DNA from: Chiloscyllium plagiosum
Lineage: Eukaryota
Reading direction: 5' to 3'
Assembly: GCF_004010195.1 (NCBI RefSeq)
Contig: NC_057719.1
Span: 86,994,274 to 87,058,273 of the forward strand
Length of the DNA: 64,000 nt
Positions 1 through 11,330 of this stretch are shown here, in pieces. Position numbers and translations under genes: made by a program. The notes beneath the pieces were generated by a model. It was given only the letters and a program-made list of their open reading frames with translations, did not search any database and was not told the origin of the DNA. Each line of letters starts with the position of its first letter. The first letter of the stretch is position 1.

Positions 1-112
1 CTTAAAGGTTTATAAGAATCTGTATGTACTTCGTAATGTTGCTGATTATGTTGATCTGATTTCTGTAGTACCTTCAGAAGGCCCAGTTTCTCCTACACGA
101 GAGGAACTTTCT

Positions 113-255
113 ATGGCAGCAGATTTACTTCAAAGTGAGAATGGCAGTGGTGCAGAGCTGGCAAAGCCTCTCCATCTTCAGTACCTGGAGCGTGCTCTTA
201 GACTTGATCCTTTCCTGCGTCAGGCAGCAAATGTCTTCAACAGGCCTATTTCAAG
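113..255 (+). CDS. INO80: INO80 coding exon 1 (start codon; MAADLLQSENGSGAELAKPLHLQYLERALRLDPFLRQ...)
   Basis: ATG at 113; matches the vertebrate INO80 N-terminus ELAKPLxLQYLERALRLD; acceptor ttcag at 73-77; donor AG|gtaag; phase 2. Confidence 0.93.
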
Positions 256-334
256 GTAAGACAGCTTGCAGAAGTTGGATTGCATTTTTTGCCTAAGTTG
301 TGAATGGGGTATGCGATTGGATGGCTGGCTGGTC

Positions 335-580
335 CTGCTTTATTGAACATGCCTGGTTTCCCTTGAAGGTTGTGGTGAGCTGCCTCCTTGAACAGCTGCA
401 ATATATTTTGTTTACGTAGACCCACAATGTTGTGAAGGCAGGAGTTCCAGAATTTTAATCCTGGAACACTGAAGGAATGCTAAGATATAGCTAAATCAGG
501 ATGGGTAGTGTTTTGAAGGGGACCTTGATAGTGGTAGTCCTAAGTTTCTACTGCCCTTGACCTCGAGACAAAGTGGTCAT
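335..580 (-). mobile_element. 3' remnant of a second CR1/L2-group LINE family
   Basis: Reverse-complement similarity to 26520-26710, 47860-48090 and 61035-61250. Confidence 0.6.
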
Positions 581-945
581 GTGTTTCAAATTCCTGAAAT
601 AGTGTAAAAGGACAACTGTTTTAGAGAGGCAGGTGGCAAAGATAGAGCGGTTCTACTTTACTTTCAGTGGTCTTATTTGATGTACATATGCCTTTGTACA
701 GAAATTGTTTATGCTACCCTTTGTGTAGCATTTGAACAAAGTATACTTGAATCATGAAGGTTCAAGAAATATCTTGTTGTTTGTGTCTTTGATCCTTAAT
801 TTTATGTGACACTTTTGGATAACCGCATAAATGAATCGTTTTTACCCTCAGAGCACATTTGCAATGTCTGTATTGTATTAACAAGTATCCCCATGTTTAT
901 TTCTAAATCTGCAAATGCTTCTTTTTGCTTCTCTTACTGTTATAG

Positions 946-1121
946 TGACGAGAGCGATGATGGGCTTGAAGATGCTTCGTCATTGTCTAAAACCGGTTCT
1001 GGAAATCTTCTGAACAGTGTTAAAAAGGAGCCTGTAGATGAGGAACTGGGAGAGCAACCAGAAGTTGGACATAGCAGAACTCTGACAGCTCCACCCTCGC
1101 TCAATGGTGCCTTTCATCCAG
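946..1121 (+). CDS. INO80: INO80 coding exon 2 (SDESDDGLED...VKKEP...SLNGAFHP)
   Basis: Polypyrimidine tract + tatag acceptor; G|gtaag donor; phase 2 to 1 fits both neighbours. Confidence 0.92.
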
Positions 1122-2855
1122 GTAAGAGTCTGGAGGGCATGGGCATTGTTTTTAGCATGAATTTGCTGGAAAGCTGACAGAATTTTGTAACAAGGGTACT
1201 ATGTTTGTTCTGGGAGTAGCGTCACACTCTCTCAAACTTGGTCCTTTGTGCTTGGTATGCCAAAAGCGATTTTCCAAAGGATGGAATTCTAATTTTATAT
1301 GTTTGGTAATTTTTGACAGTCTTGAGAGTAAGTTGGCACTGCACAAATTAAAATGCTGCTTGAGTTTCCAGTAAAAAAACATTGAGTTTATGTTTTGGTG
1401 TTCACATTGACAAATGAGCTTGGTACAGGACACAGTATGTTCTGTTTCTCATTGATTAACTCGATTGTTACGTGTCACTCATGTAAACTAACGGGAAATC
1501 ATTTGTTTTCTATCAGACTCAGGCTGACCTGAGATTATTGATCGGAATGTTTGGTATTGGTGGATGAGATAAAAGTGGGAAGTTTAATTGCCAGGTTAAT
1601 GGTTTTTATCAATAAATAGGGGAATTAAATGTTGCTGGCATGAAGAAGATTATCACAAACAATAGGCAGAAGTCAGTTAAATAAGCAGAGATCTGACATT
1701 AAACCAAGAATTCTCAGATGGCTAAGGTCTAAGTCACCATTGGGAGTAGATGCAGCTAGGGTCAGTTAATTTAAAAAAAAATATCACACAACAGCACTTT
1801 GAGTCCACTCAAAGTGCCTCCTGCTCCCATACTCATCATTCTCCACAGCCAAAGACAGTCAATTAGGGTTCACACTGACTATCGGCAGGCTGAGAGCTAC
1901 TGTCCTCTGAAATCAAATAGCATGTCCCAGCGAAGGAGACACCACTGTTAGATAAGAATAATTGGTAATCCCAGTACTAGGCAGGTAAAAACAAAGGGAA
2001 ATCTGGGTTCAACTGCATTTATTTAAACACAAGAGGCGAACAAGTAAGACAAATGAACTTGACATGGATAGGTGCATGGGACTGGGATATTATGGCTGTT
2101 ACAGAAACATCCCTGGGAGGTAAAACCGGACTGGCAGCTAAATGTTCTTGGGTACAGATGCTATGGGAAGGACAGAGGGAAAGGCAAGAGAGGAGTGATA
2201 TTTCCGATTTTGATTCTGGAGAGCATCACAGTAGTACTGAGAGAAGACACTCTCCTTCGGTGAGTCCGTGTGGGTAGAACTGAGAAATAAAAAGGGGGAA
2301 GTGACTTTGATAGCACTGTACTATAGGCACCTGCAGTAGTCAACAGGAGATCGTGGAGCGAATATATAAGGAGATCGCAGATAGCTGCAAGAATACTAGT
2401 GTTGTGATAGTAGGGGATTTTGACTTTCCTAACATTGACTGGGACTGCCATAGTGTTAAGGGCCTGGCTGGAGAGAAATTTAAGTGTGTTCAGGAAGGAT
2501 TTCTCATGCAGGTGGCTGCACCAGAAAAGGGGCAAAACCTGACATCCTCTTGGGAAATATGGCAGGGCAAGTGATGGAAATGTTAGTAGGTGGGAGTACT
2601 TTGGGACCAGTGACCATAATTCCATTAGTTTTAAAATATCGATGGCAAAGGATATATCTGGTTCCCAAGTTGAACTTCTATATTGGGGCAAGGCCAATTT
2701 TGATGGTGTTAGACAGGTTGACTGGGGGAGGTTTTTTAGGCAAAGGGATGTGGGAGGCTTTCAAAGTGAGTTAGTTCAGGGCCAGTATATTAGAGTGAAG
2801 GATAAGGCTGGCAGGAATAGGGAATCTGGTCTTGGGGGAAAAAAGAGCAGTCATA

Positions 2856-3092
2856 TCAGGCGACTGACTGTGTGGAGTTTGCACGTTCTCCCCGTGTCAG
2901 CGTGGGTTTCCTCCAGGTGCTCCGGTTTCCTCCCACAGTCCAAAGATGTGCAGGTCAGGTAAATTGGCCACGCTAAATTGCCCGTAGTGTTAGGTAAGGG
3001 GTAAATGCAAGGGTATGGGTGGGTTGCGCTTCGGCGGGGCAGTGTGGACTTGTTGGGCCGAAGAGCCTGTTTCCACACTGTCAGTAATCTAA
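2856..3092 (+). mobile_element. 5'-truncated V-SINE (HE1-like)
   Basis: V-domain gtgtggagtttgcacgttctccccgtgt...cctcccacagtccaaagatgtgcagg; CR1-like tail gggccgaag.gcctgtttccacactgt. Confidence 0.9.
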
Positions 3093-3140
3093 AAAAAATG
3101 TCCTTGTGTACAGAGGGTGTCAGGGTACACTTTGAGAAAA

Positions 3141-3277
3141 GCTGAAAATGTGTTGAAGAAGGGTTTATGCCCGAAACGTTGATTCTCCTTTTCCCTGGAT
3201 GCTGCCTGACCTGCTGCGCTTTTCCAGCAACACATTTTCAGCTCTGATCTCCAGCATCTGCAGACCTCACTTTCTCC
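3141..3277 (+). mobile_element. Short Penelope-like terminal element with hammerhead core and 15-nt inverted 5' arm
   Basis: tgaagaagggtttatgcccgaaacgt; near-identical to 13497-13605; flanked by tacactt repeats (3126-3132, 3278-3284). Confidence 0.75.
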
Positions 3278-4020
3278 TACACTTAAGAGTCAGGAGAGCT
3301 AAAGGGGACGCCAGATGGCATTGGCAAATAAAACAAAGGAGAATCCAAATAGATTCTAAAAGTACATGAAGGGCAAAAGAATAATTAGGGAGCAGATAAG
3401 TCCTCCTAAAGATAACAAGGAGCCCGAAGAGATGGGGTGAAATTCTAAATGAATATTTCTTGTCAGTGCTTACTGCCGAGAAAGATATGGATGATCGAGA
3501 ACTTAAGGAAATAAATAGTGATGTTTTGTAGAGTGTCCACCTTACAGAAGAGGAGATGCTGAAAGTCTTAAAACATGTTAAAGTCCATAAATCCCTTGGA
3601 CCTGATCACGTGCATCCCAGGATTTTGTGGGAGGCTAGGGAAGAAATTGTCGGGTGCCTAGCGAGATATTTATATCAGCAGCAGCCATGGGTGAAGTGAC
3701 CAAAGATTGGAGGGTAGCTGATGATGTTGCCATTATTTGAGAGGTTGCAGGGAGATGCTTGGGAACTACAGATTGGTGAGCCTAATGACCATGGTGAGTA
3801 AGTTGTTCGAGAGAATTCTGAGAGACTGATCTAAAGCATTTTGAGAGGCAAGGACACATTTGGGATAGTCAGCATGGTTTTGTGCATGAGAAATCATGTC
3901 TCATGAATGTGATTTGAGTTTTTCGAAGGGGTGGCCAAGAAAGTAGATGAAGGCAGTGCATTAGCCTTCAGCAAGACCTTTGATAACGTACTGCAGATAG
4001 ATTGTTGAGTAAAGTTAAAT

Positions 4021-5399
4021 TTCAAGGTGAAAGGTCCCAGAAGACTGGAGGGTAGTGAATGCTATGCCCTTATTCAAGAAGGGCTGCAAAGAAAAACCTG
4101 TGAACTGTAGACTAGTAAGCTTGCGTCTGTGGTAGGTACGTTACTTGAGAAGATTCTGAGAGATAAGATATATGTGCATTTGGAAAGACAAGGTTTGATG
4201 AGTAGTCAGCATGGTTTTGTGCATAGGCGATCATGCCTATCAAACTTGTTAGAGTATGACATGACCAGGAAGGTTATTGAGGGCCGTGTGGTAGACATAG
4301 TCTATATGGATTTCAGCAAGGCATTTGATAAGGTTTCACATGGTAGGCTGCTCTGAGAGGTTAGATCGCATGAATCCAAGGGAAGGTGGTAAATTGCATA
4401 TACAATTGGCTTGATGGCAGGAAGCAGAGGGTAATAGGATGCTTGTCGGACTGGAGGCCTGTGACGAGTGGAGTGCTCCAGTGGTTTGTGTTGGGCCCAT
4501 TGCTGTTTGTTATCTCTATCAATGATTTGGATGCCAGTGTCCAAGGCATGATTAATAAGTTTGCAGATGACAGTAAAATAGGCAGTATCGTGGACAGTGA
4601 GGAAGGTTATCAGAAATTGTAGCAAGACCTTGATCAGCTGGGGAAGTGGGTCGAGAAATGGCAAATGGAATTTAATATAGATAAGTGAGGTCTTGTATTT
4701 TGGCAAGTCAAATCAAAGTAGGACCTGAACAGAGGGATCTTGGAGTTCAGGTGCACGGTTCTCTGAAAGTGGAGTTGCAGGTAGCCAGGGCAGTGAAGAA
4801 GGCTTTTGACACAGTGGCCTTATCAGTCAGGGCATTGAGGATAGACATTGCGAAGTTATATTGCAGTTGTACAGGATGTTGGTGAGGCCACACTTGGCGC
4901 AATATGTTCAGTTTTGGTCACCTTGCTATAAGAAGGATGTTATTCAGCTGGAAAGAGTGCAAAAGAAATTTACAAGGATTTTGCCAGGACTCAATGGCCT
5001 GAGTTAGAGGGAGAGGTTGGACAAACTTGGACTTTTTCCTTTAGAGCGTAGGTGACTGAGGGGGGACATTTAGAAGTATATAAGACCATGAGACACATAG
5101 GGTGAATGTGGTCAGTCTTTTTCCCAGGGTTGGGGAATCCAAGGACTAGAGTGCATCAGTTTAAGGTTAGAGAGGAAAGAATAAAAGGGAACCTAAACCT
5201 TTTTTACCTACACATGTGGAAATGTTTGAGGTGGATATACATTAACATTTGAAAGGCTTTTGGACAAATACATGAATAGGAAAGGTTTTGACTGATATAG
5301 ACCAAGTGTAGGGAAATGTGGTTAGCGTGGATGGGCATTTTGGTCTGCATGGACCTGTTTGAGCCAAAGGGCCCATCTCCATGCTGTAGGACTCTATGA
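4021..5399 (+). mobile_element. 5'-truncated CR1 nested in the outer CR1
   Basis: QHGF, YMDFSKAFDKVSH, KFADD; ends gactctatga; outer RT resumes at ~5400. Confidence 0.88.
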
Positions 5400-6662
5400 T
5401 CCAAGGACAGCTAGCCAGTTGGATGCAAAATTGGCTTGATTGTGGGTGGTGATAGAGGTTTGCTTTTCAGACTGGAGGCCTGTGACCAACAAGATGCCAC
5501 AGTGATGAGTGCTGGGTCCACTGTTACTCATCATTTACGTGAATTATTTAGATGAGAATTCAGGAAGTATGGTTAGTAAGTTCGTGAATGATACCATGGT
5601 TATTGGTATAGTGGGCAGTGAAGAAGGTTATCTGGGAATGCAGTGAGATCTTGATCAACTGGACCAGTGGGCTGCGGAATAGCAGATAGAGTTTATTTGA
5701 GATAAATGCCAAGTGTTGCATTTGAGTAAAGCAAACCAGGGTGGGAATTAGGGCCCTGGAGGATGTTATAAAACAGATTTAAGGGTTAAGGTTCATAGCT
5801 CCTTGAAAGTGGAGTCACAGACAATATAGTGAAGATGGCATTTGGTACACTTGCCTTTATTGGTGTGTGCATTGAGTATAGGACATATTGTTGCAGCTGC
5901 AGATGATGATGGTGAAAAAGATTACTGTTCAACTGAGAGTGTAGACGAGATTTTTCCAGGATGTAAGGTTTGTGTTATAAAGAGACAGGGTTGGACTCTT
6001 TCTCCTGGAGCATAGGTGTACAATATCATGTCTCATGATATAATATACTTTTTATAGAGGTATATAATATCATGAGAGACATAGATAAGTTAGATAGCGG
6101 ACAACTTTACCCCATGGTTGGGGGGGCCCTAAAATTACAGGGCATTGGTTTAAAATGAGGGGAGAGATACAAAAGGGTACAAAATGGCAATTGTTTTAAT
6201 GCAGAGGTTGGGGAGTGTCTGGAACGGGTTGCCAGATAGAGTGGTGGAAGTGAGAACAATTTTGTCATTTAAGAAACGTTTAGACAGGTACATGGATAGG
6301 ATAGCTATGGAGAAATACGCACCAAACACAGGCACATCGGGCTAGTTTAAATTGTGAAAACTGGGCAGCATGGGCAAATTGGGCCGAAGACCTGTTTTCA
6401 TGCTGCAGCCCTCTGACTTTAAGGGTGTTCCAGACCAGGTTCATAAATTTCTCAAATTTTGATATCTTGGTTCAAGATGGTATAAGAAGACCTCAACTAC
6501 CTGCTTGCTTCAAAGTGTTATTGGTTCCTATCATTCTGAATATTTCCTCTTCACAAAGCACCCTGTTCAGCATGTTGCTCAGTTTCAAGAACTAATTTGC
6601 TTTAACTGAGGTTTGTGGGGTGGTGGTAACTAATAATTAACTGCAATGTTTATGTTCAGCAG

Positions 6663-6730
6663 AATTCAAAGTTGAGAAGGGAAACGTATACAATTTCAGC
6701 AAATTGAAGAAAAGCAGGAAATGGCTGAAG
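6663..6730 (+). CDS. INO80: INO80 coding exon 3 (EFKVEKGNVYNFSKLKKSRKWLK); alternative NAGNAG start at 6660
   Basis: ttcagcag acceptor, AAG|gtgagg donor, conserved YNFSKLKKSRKWLK. Confidence 0.92.
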
Positions 6731-7049
6731 GTGAGGACATAACAGTGCCTATTCAATCTGTTTGATTCCTGCTCAGTAACGGTGATCTCTGTGCAGATCT
6801 GTGCTATTCTTTAAAGTGTGCTGCTGAGAGTAATTCGTGTTTTGGAGCATGCTTGTTCAGTTCCTCCTGATCAATCCCAACGCACGCAATCACTGACAAG
6901 ACACAGGATAGGCTTTGTGAACAGAAGTGAAAGATAAACCTGTAGTGTGCTTTAATGGTTCAAAAGTAAATTGGATAAACAGAGTAATTATTTGCCTCCC
7001 AGGCCAGTACCACTTGCTGAAATGTAACTGTTATAGCTGATATAGTGCC

Positions 7050-7755
7050 AGCCTTGGCTCAGTTGTTGCACAGTCACTCCTGAGTCAAAATGTTGTGGAT
7101 TGCATAAATAGGCTTAATCACAAAGTTCAGGCTGGCACTCCGTGTCCTGTCAAAGATTTTCAGATGAAGCATTAAACAGAGGCCACGTTACTGTTAGGTG
7201 AATACAGAATATCCTATGGCACTATTTGATGAAGAGCAAGGAGGTAATTCTTGCCATTGGAGAGGTGTCATCCTAGTGGTATTATTGCTGAACTGTTATT
7301 CCAGAGACCAAGGAAGTGTCTTTGGTCCTGGATTTGAATCTCTCCATGGCAGATGATAGAATTTGAATTTAATAAAATATGGAATTCAGAGTCTCTTGGT
7401 GACCGTGAATCCATTGCTGTTTGTCCGGAAAAACCCACCTGTTCACTAATGTTGTTTAGGGAAGGAATCTGCTGTCCTCACCTGGTCTGGCCTACATGTG
7501 ACTCCAGACCCACAGCAATGTGATTGACTCTGGCTGCCCTCTGGACAACTAGGTGGGTAATAAATGCTGGCCCAGTCAGCGATGCCCTCATCCTGTGAAT
7601 TAATGAAAACTGTTCAACCTTTCAACTATTTTAAAAATTCCAATAATTTTGCTGTATTTGTCAACCATTTTGTGTTTTTATATTTTACAACAGTGACTAA
7701 GCTTCAGTTATGTTGTAAAGTGCTTTGGGACATTAAGAAGATGTGAAAGACTTGC
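7050..7755 (+). mobile_element. Deu-domain SINE (SacSINE1-like), split by another SINE at ~7260-7608
   Basis: tRNA-like head; Deu-like ttaaacagaggcc...atcctatggcactatttgatgaagagcaagg; L2-type tail acaacagtgact...tgtaaagtgctttgggac. Confidence 0.65.
7260..7608 (+). mobile_element. tRNA-derived SINE (family B) ending aataaatgctggcc...
   Basis: Alignable with copies at 40210-40520, 51322-51614 and ~63385-63710; tail shared with the second LINE family. Confidence 0.75.
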
Positions 7756-9752
7756 TGTGTTCTTGTTTGTTCTTTAGCTGCCAGACTGTTCAGGTTCCCT
7801 GATAGTCGCTGAAATACTCCGATGATTTGACTAACCTTGGGTGTCCTTTTTTTTCCCCCCCAAGTTTTCTTTCTCAATCCAAAGCTGATTGTTGGGCACA
7901 GTTCAGCACTCAGTGGGAACGTTGAAGCCTCTGCTCCAGTGGCATCCTTCATATGAGGTCAGATTATATGACCACTGGTACACTAACTAACTGCAAAGGG
8001 TAATGTAAGGACACTGGACCCAAGCTGGAACTTGACCTGTGCAAGTCCCATGTATTCCAGAAGGAGTTCTCTCTTCTGTAACCTTTGCATTGAGATAATT
8101 GTGATACTCAGTTATTACTTGATCTTGAAAGGCAGTTGCATACTTTCCAAGCTATTTGGAAAACTTGTGTTGCTTTCCACAAGGCTTAAATTTTGCAGCA
8201 ATCTTTCTTTGCCTTCTTTCATTTGGGCACAACTTGAAAGGGAGTAGCTCCATGTGACCATCTTGCTCCAGGCAAAGACCCAGTTCATATGCTAGTGCAG
8301 CTGATATCTGGAACTCAAGCTGAAAATGGTGGTGTGACAAATTATCCACGACCCACACTATTGAAGCTGCATGTTACTGGAGACTTTGACCCTATGAGTG
8401 AGGACCTGGGTGCTGTTCGAAAATTATTTATGCCCAATTTAAAAGTGTTTGACTGTTATCAATATGACTGGAAATATGTCACTGCAAGATAAGTGTAGTT
8501 TATGCACAGTTACATGGGTTTAAAGTTTGTATTTTCCTAATATGGTTTGAATGTTTATGCATGCAGATGACTTGATACTACTTTGTGATGTGAAGCGTAT
8601 TTGATGCACGGAGAGGGTGATTGATGTGAACTGGCTCTTAATGTGCTTTTCTGTTGCACCTGTTTGGTGGCTTGTGGAATTCTACTTATGAGTTTGATTT
8701 AGTCAACTGGATTTCGGGATGTGGTCTTTGTGGTGGTGAAATATGCAAATCTTCAAATTTTCTCGACCACATCATCTTTTGGGCTATTAATGCTTAGTGA
8801 GGATAAGAACAGGTAATAGTAACAATATAAATGTTTCACTCTCAGCACCACTCGTCAGAACTAAACTTCTGCAACACGTTTAAAGTAACTGAATACCAAG
8901 AAGTTTGAAGTCAGACATTGACCCACATCATAACCTTTGTCTCTAAGCCACTGATGCCACTGTTCCCCCCAGTGCCTATTCCAGTTTCACTCCGTTTGCA
9001 GCTCAGAACTGAGCAAGACACCAATGCTGCATTTTACTTCAAGGTTGGAGATTTAGCCTGATAGCGTGAAGGTATAATGAAGATTTATAGAGTGGGTGCC
9101 ATTGGTGTGGGTGTGCAGTCTATGTTTGGGCTTCACACAAACGTTGAAAGAGGGCATAGCTCACACTCACTCAAATGTTGAAAGAGGGCATAGCATGGTG
9201 GTTATTGTGACAGACAAATAAGAAAGACTTGATAAGGCAAAGCTAATCTTGCAAAACACTGAATTCATGTGTTGATTAAATAGAAGTTTTTAGATGTATC
9301 AGACAGAATATGTAAAAACCAGCCCATCATCAGCAATTAGTAAGTCTGACATCATGTCCCAGAATAAAAATAAGAAATACAAAAACGTGGGACAGCATGA
9401 GAAACTTGACATGGTGAACTCCAAGACTTAAAATGTAGCACCTGAATTGTTATTTGAAACAGAGCTTAAATTGGTGATTTCCTCAGGTCGTCTTCCACTC
9501 ATCAGAATACCTTTGGAGATTGTGACACACTTCCAGCAAGATGGCAGGAACAGAGAGAATGTTAGTATTTGGTTGAAAGTGCGTGTGTTGAAGAGATTTG
9601 AAAACTGAGTAGGCGATTTGGAATTCTGTTTGCATATGGCTTATTCCCAACTTAGTGATGATCATATCTGCCTCACTACGAATCATTTTGCCTACGAACC
9701 TGCCTACTAAATCTGATTTGTGCAGATATCTGTTTTTTTTCTTTGTGTGTAG

Positions 9753-9905
9753 AGTATTCTCTTGAGCAATGAGACTTCAGACTCCAATACAGATGATGAT
9801 GATATCGAAGGGGAGTTTGTGCTCACCAAGGAGGAGTTGCACGATATGTTGCGTCTGCATAAGTACAGGAAGTTGCATCAGAGCAAAGTGCACAATGATA
9901 GAGAG
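9753..9905 (+). CDS. INO80: INO80 coding exon 4 (SILLSNETSD...EELHDMLRLHKYRKLHQ...DRE)
   Basis: gtag acceptor after T-tract; GAG|gtaag; 153 nt, phase 0. Confidence 0.94.
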
Positions 9906-10439
9906 GTAAGCAGTTCTATCATCTACCAGTTGTTCCGTTTTTGGCACCTTGTGGATTGCTGGGGAACAGAGCCACTTTGAGATCGTTGTGTCCATGAAAA
10001 CTGTTAAGAACTCATTGACCAGTATGAAGAGAATAAATGGTGAAAGTTCATGGGGAGTTGCACTTCTCAAAGTAAACTACTGCAAATGACATGGGGAAGT
10101 TACTTGCTTTGGAAGTAAGATGTTTTTCACTAGGCTGAATAAAGATGGTCATTTTTGTGATACTTTCTGTTGAAAGAATTTGGGATATATTGGGGCCTGA
10201 GCTTGGTACTGTGGAGGGGTCACATTAGCCTGTACAAGATTAAAATGGCATCTGTATGGTGCTGACTGTTTATCCAATTGCCTGTGAAGCATGAGTGTGG
10301 ACTTGCAAATCTGCTGCATCTATTTCTGGGAATTAGCTCATTGATAGCTGCCTGACACTGCTGGGTTAGCAGGCAAAAGGTGCTCTTTACACAGCCATAT
10401 TGTTCACTGCCTGCTGAGGGCAAAGATTGGTGACAGCAA

Positions 10440-11330
10440 TGTTTTGGTGGGAGCTAAAGTCACAAAATGGCTGAGCAGACAAGACTATAGCAGATGGATA
10501 GTAACATAAGTAAATTTGAAGTCATGTGTTGTGGATCAAAGAAACGTTAATGTCAATATTTAGTCAGATCATGCAAAATCAGGAACACTAAAGGCCTAGG
10601 GAAATTTGGGGTTCCCTTACATTAGCTGAAATTGATTACTTTTGTGCCTAACCAAAAGGCTAATGTTGACCTTTCTATCTAGAAGGAAACAATATAAAGG
10701 GAATTTTTGTTACAGTTGACCAAAGCCCTGTTTTGGAGTACTGTTTATGCTTTCAGCTGTCACTCTGTTGAAAGGATGTATTGGTCTTTGCAGGAATGCA
10801 GTTTAGATTCATTAGCATGCTACTGGGCCTCCAAATGAAGAGAACATGTAAATTAGGCCTGTATACCCTACAATGTGGAAGCGTAAGGGATGCTTAGGAT
10901 TTTGAACTCAATTGATAGTGTTGATAGAGAAACCTTTTCCACTTGTAGGGCAATATAGGCTAAAGGAATAAGACCTAAAGATGAGAGCCAGACAATTGAG
11001 AAGAAAAGTGAGAAAACAGTTCTTCAAATACAGAAACAGAAATATGTGAAGGCGTCTTCCACAAAGGGTTCAATACTAGCTCAGTTAAGTATTTTGCATC
11101 TGAGATCAATCTTTGTTGGTTAAATATACAAAAGGTCTTTGAGCCATGTTAGTGTGCCTGCCCCTGGACTAGGAGGCCCAGATTGAAGTCTCACCTGCTC
11201 CAAAGGTGTGTAATGACATATCTGAATAGGTTGATTAGGAAAATAAGTAAAGCAAGCTAGGTTACAATTAGCCATTTAAATTGGAGGAGACGCTCCAGGG
11301 CTGAATGGTCCATTTGTGTACTTGTGTTTA
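10440..11330 (+). mobile_element. Old degenerate CR1 3' portion
   Basis: Decayed ORF2 C-terminal motifs; tail gggctgaatggtcc. Confidence 0.55.

Larger units (their letters stand above)
1985..6420 (+). mobile_element. Degenerate CR1 LINE ORF2 (APE + RT), interrupted by a V-SINE, a PLE and a second CR1
   Basis: AVTET and VIVGDFDFPNIDW (endonuclease); RT remnants; CR1 3' tail near 6410. Confidence 0.88.

Noticed and set aside
806..1177. Track ORFs overlapping INO80 exons treated as standalone genes (also 9762, 24621, 49230, 60144 and others)
   Set aside because: These are exons with read-through into intron sequence; splice sites define the real boundaries.
9134..9194. 27-bp direct repeat (..gttgaaagagggcatagc) with 34-bp period
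   Set aside because: Simple local tandem duplication with no further structure.
8500..10430. Possible intronic snoRNA or conserved non-coding element
   Set aside because: No convincing box C/D or H/ACA arrangement was seen; conservation cannot be judged without alignments.
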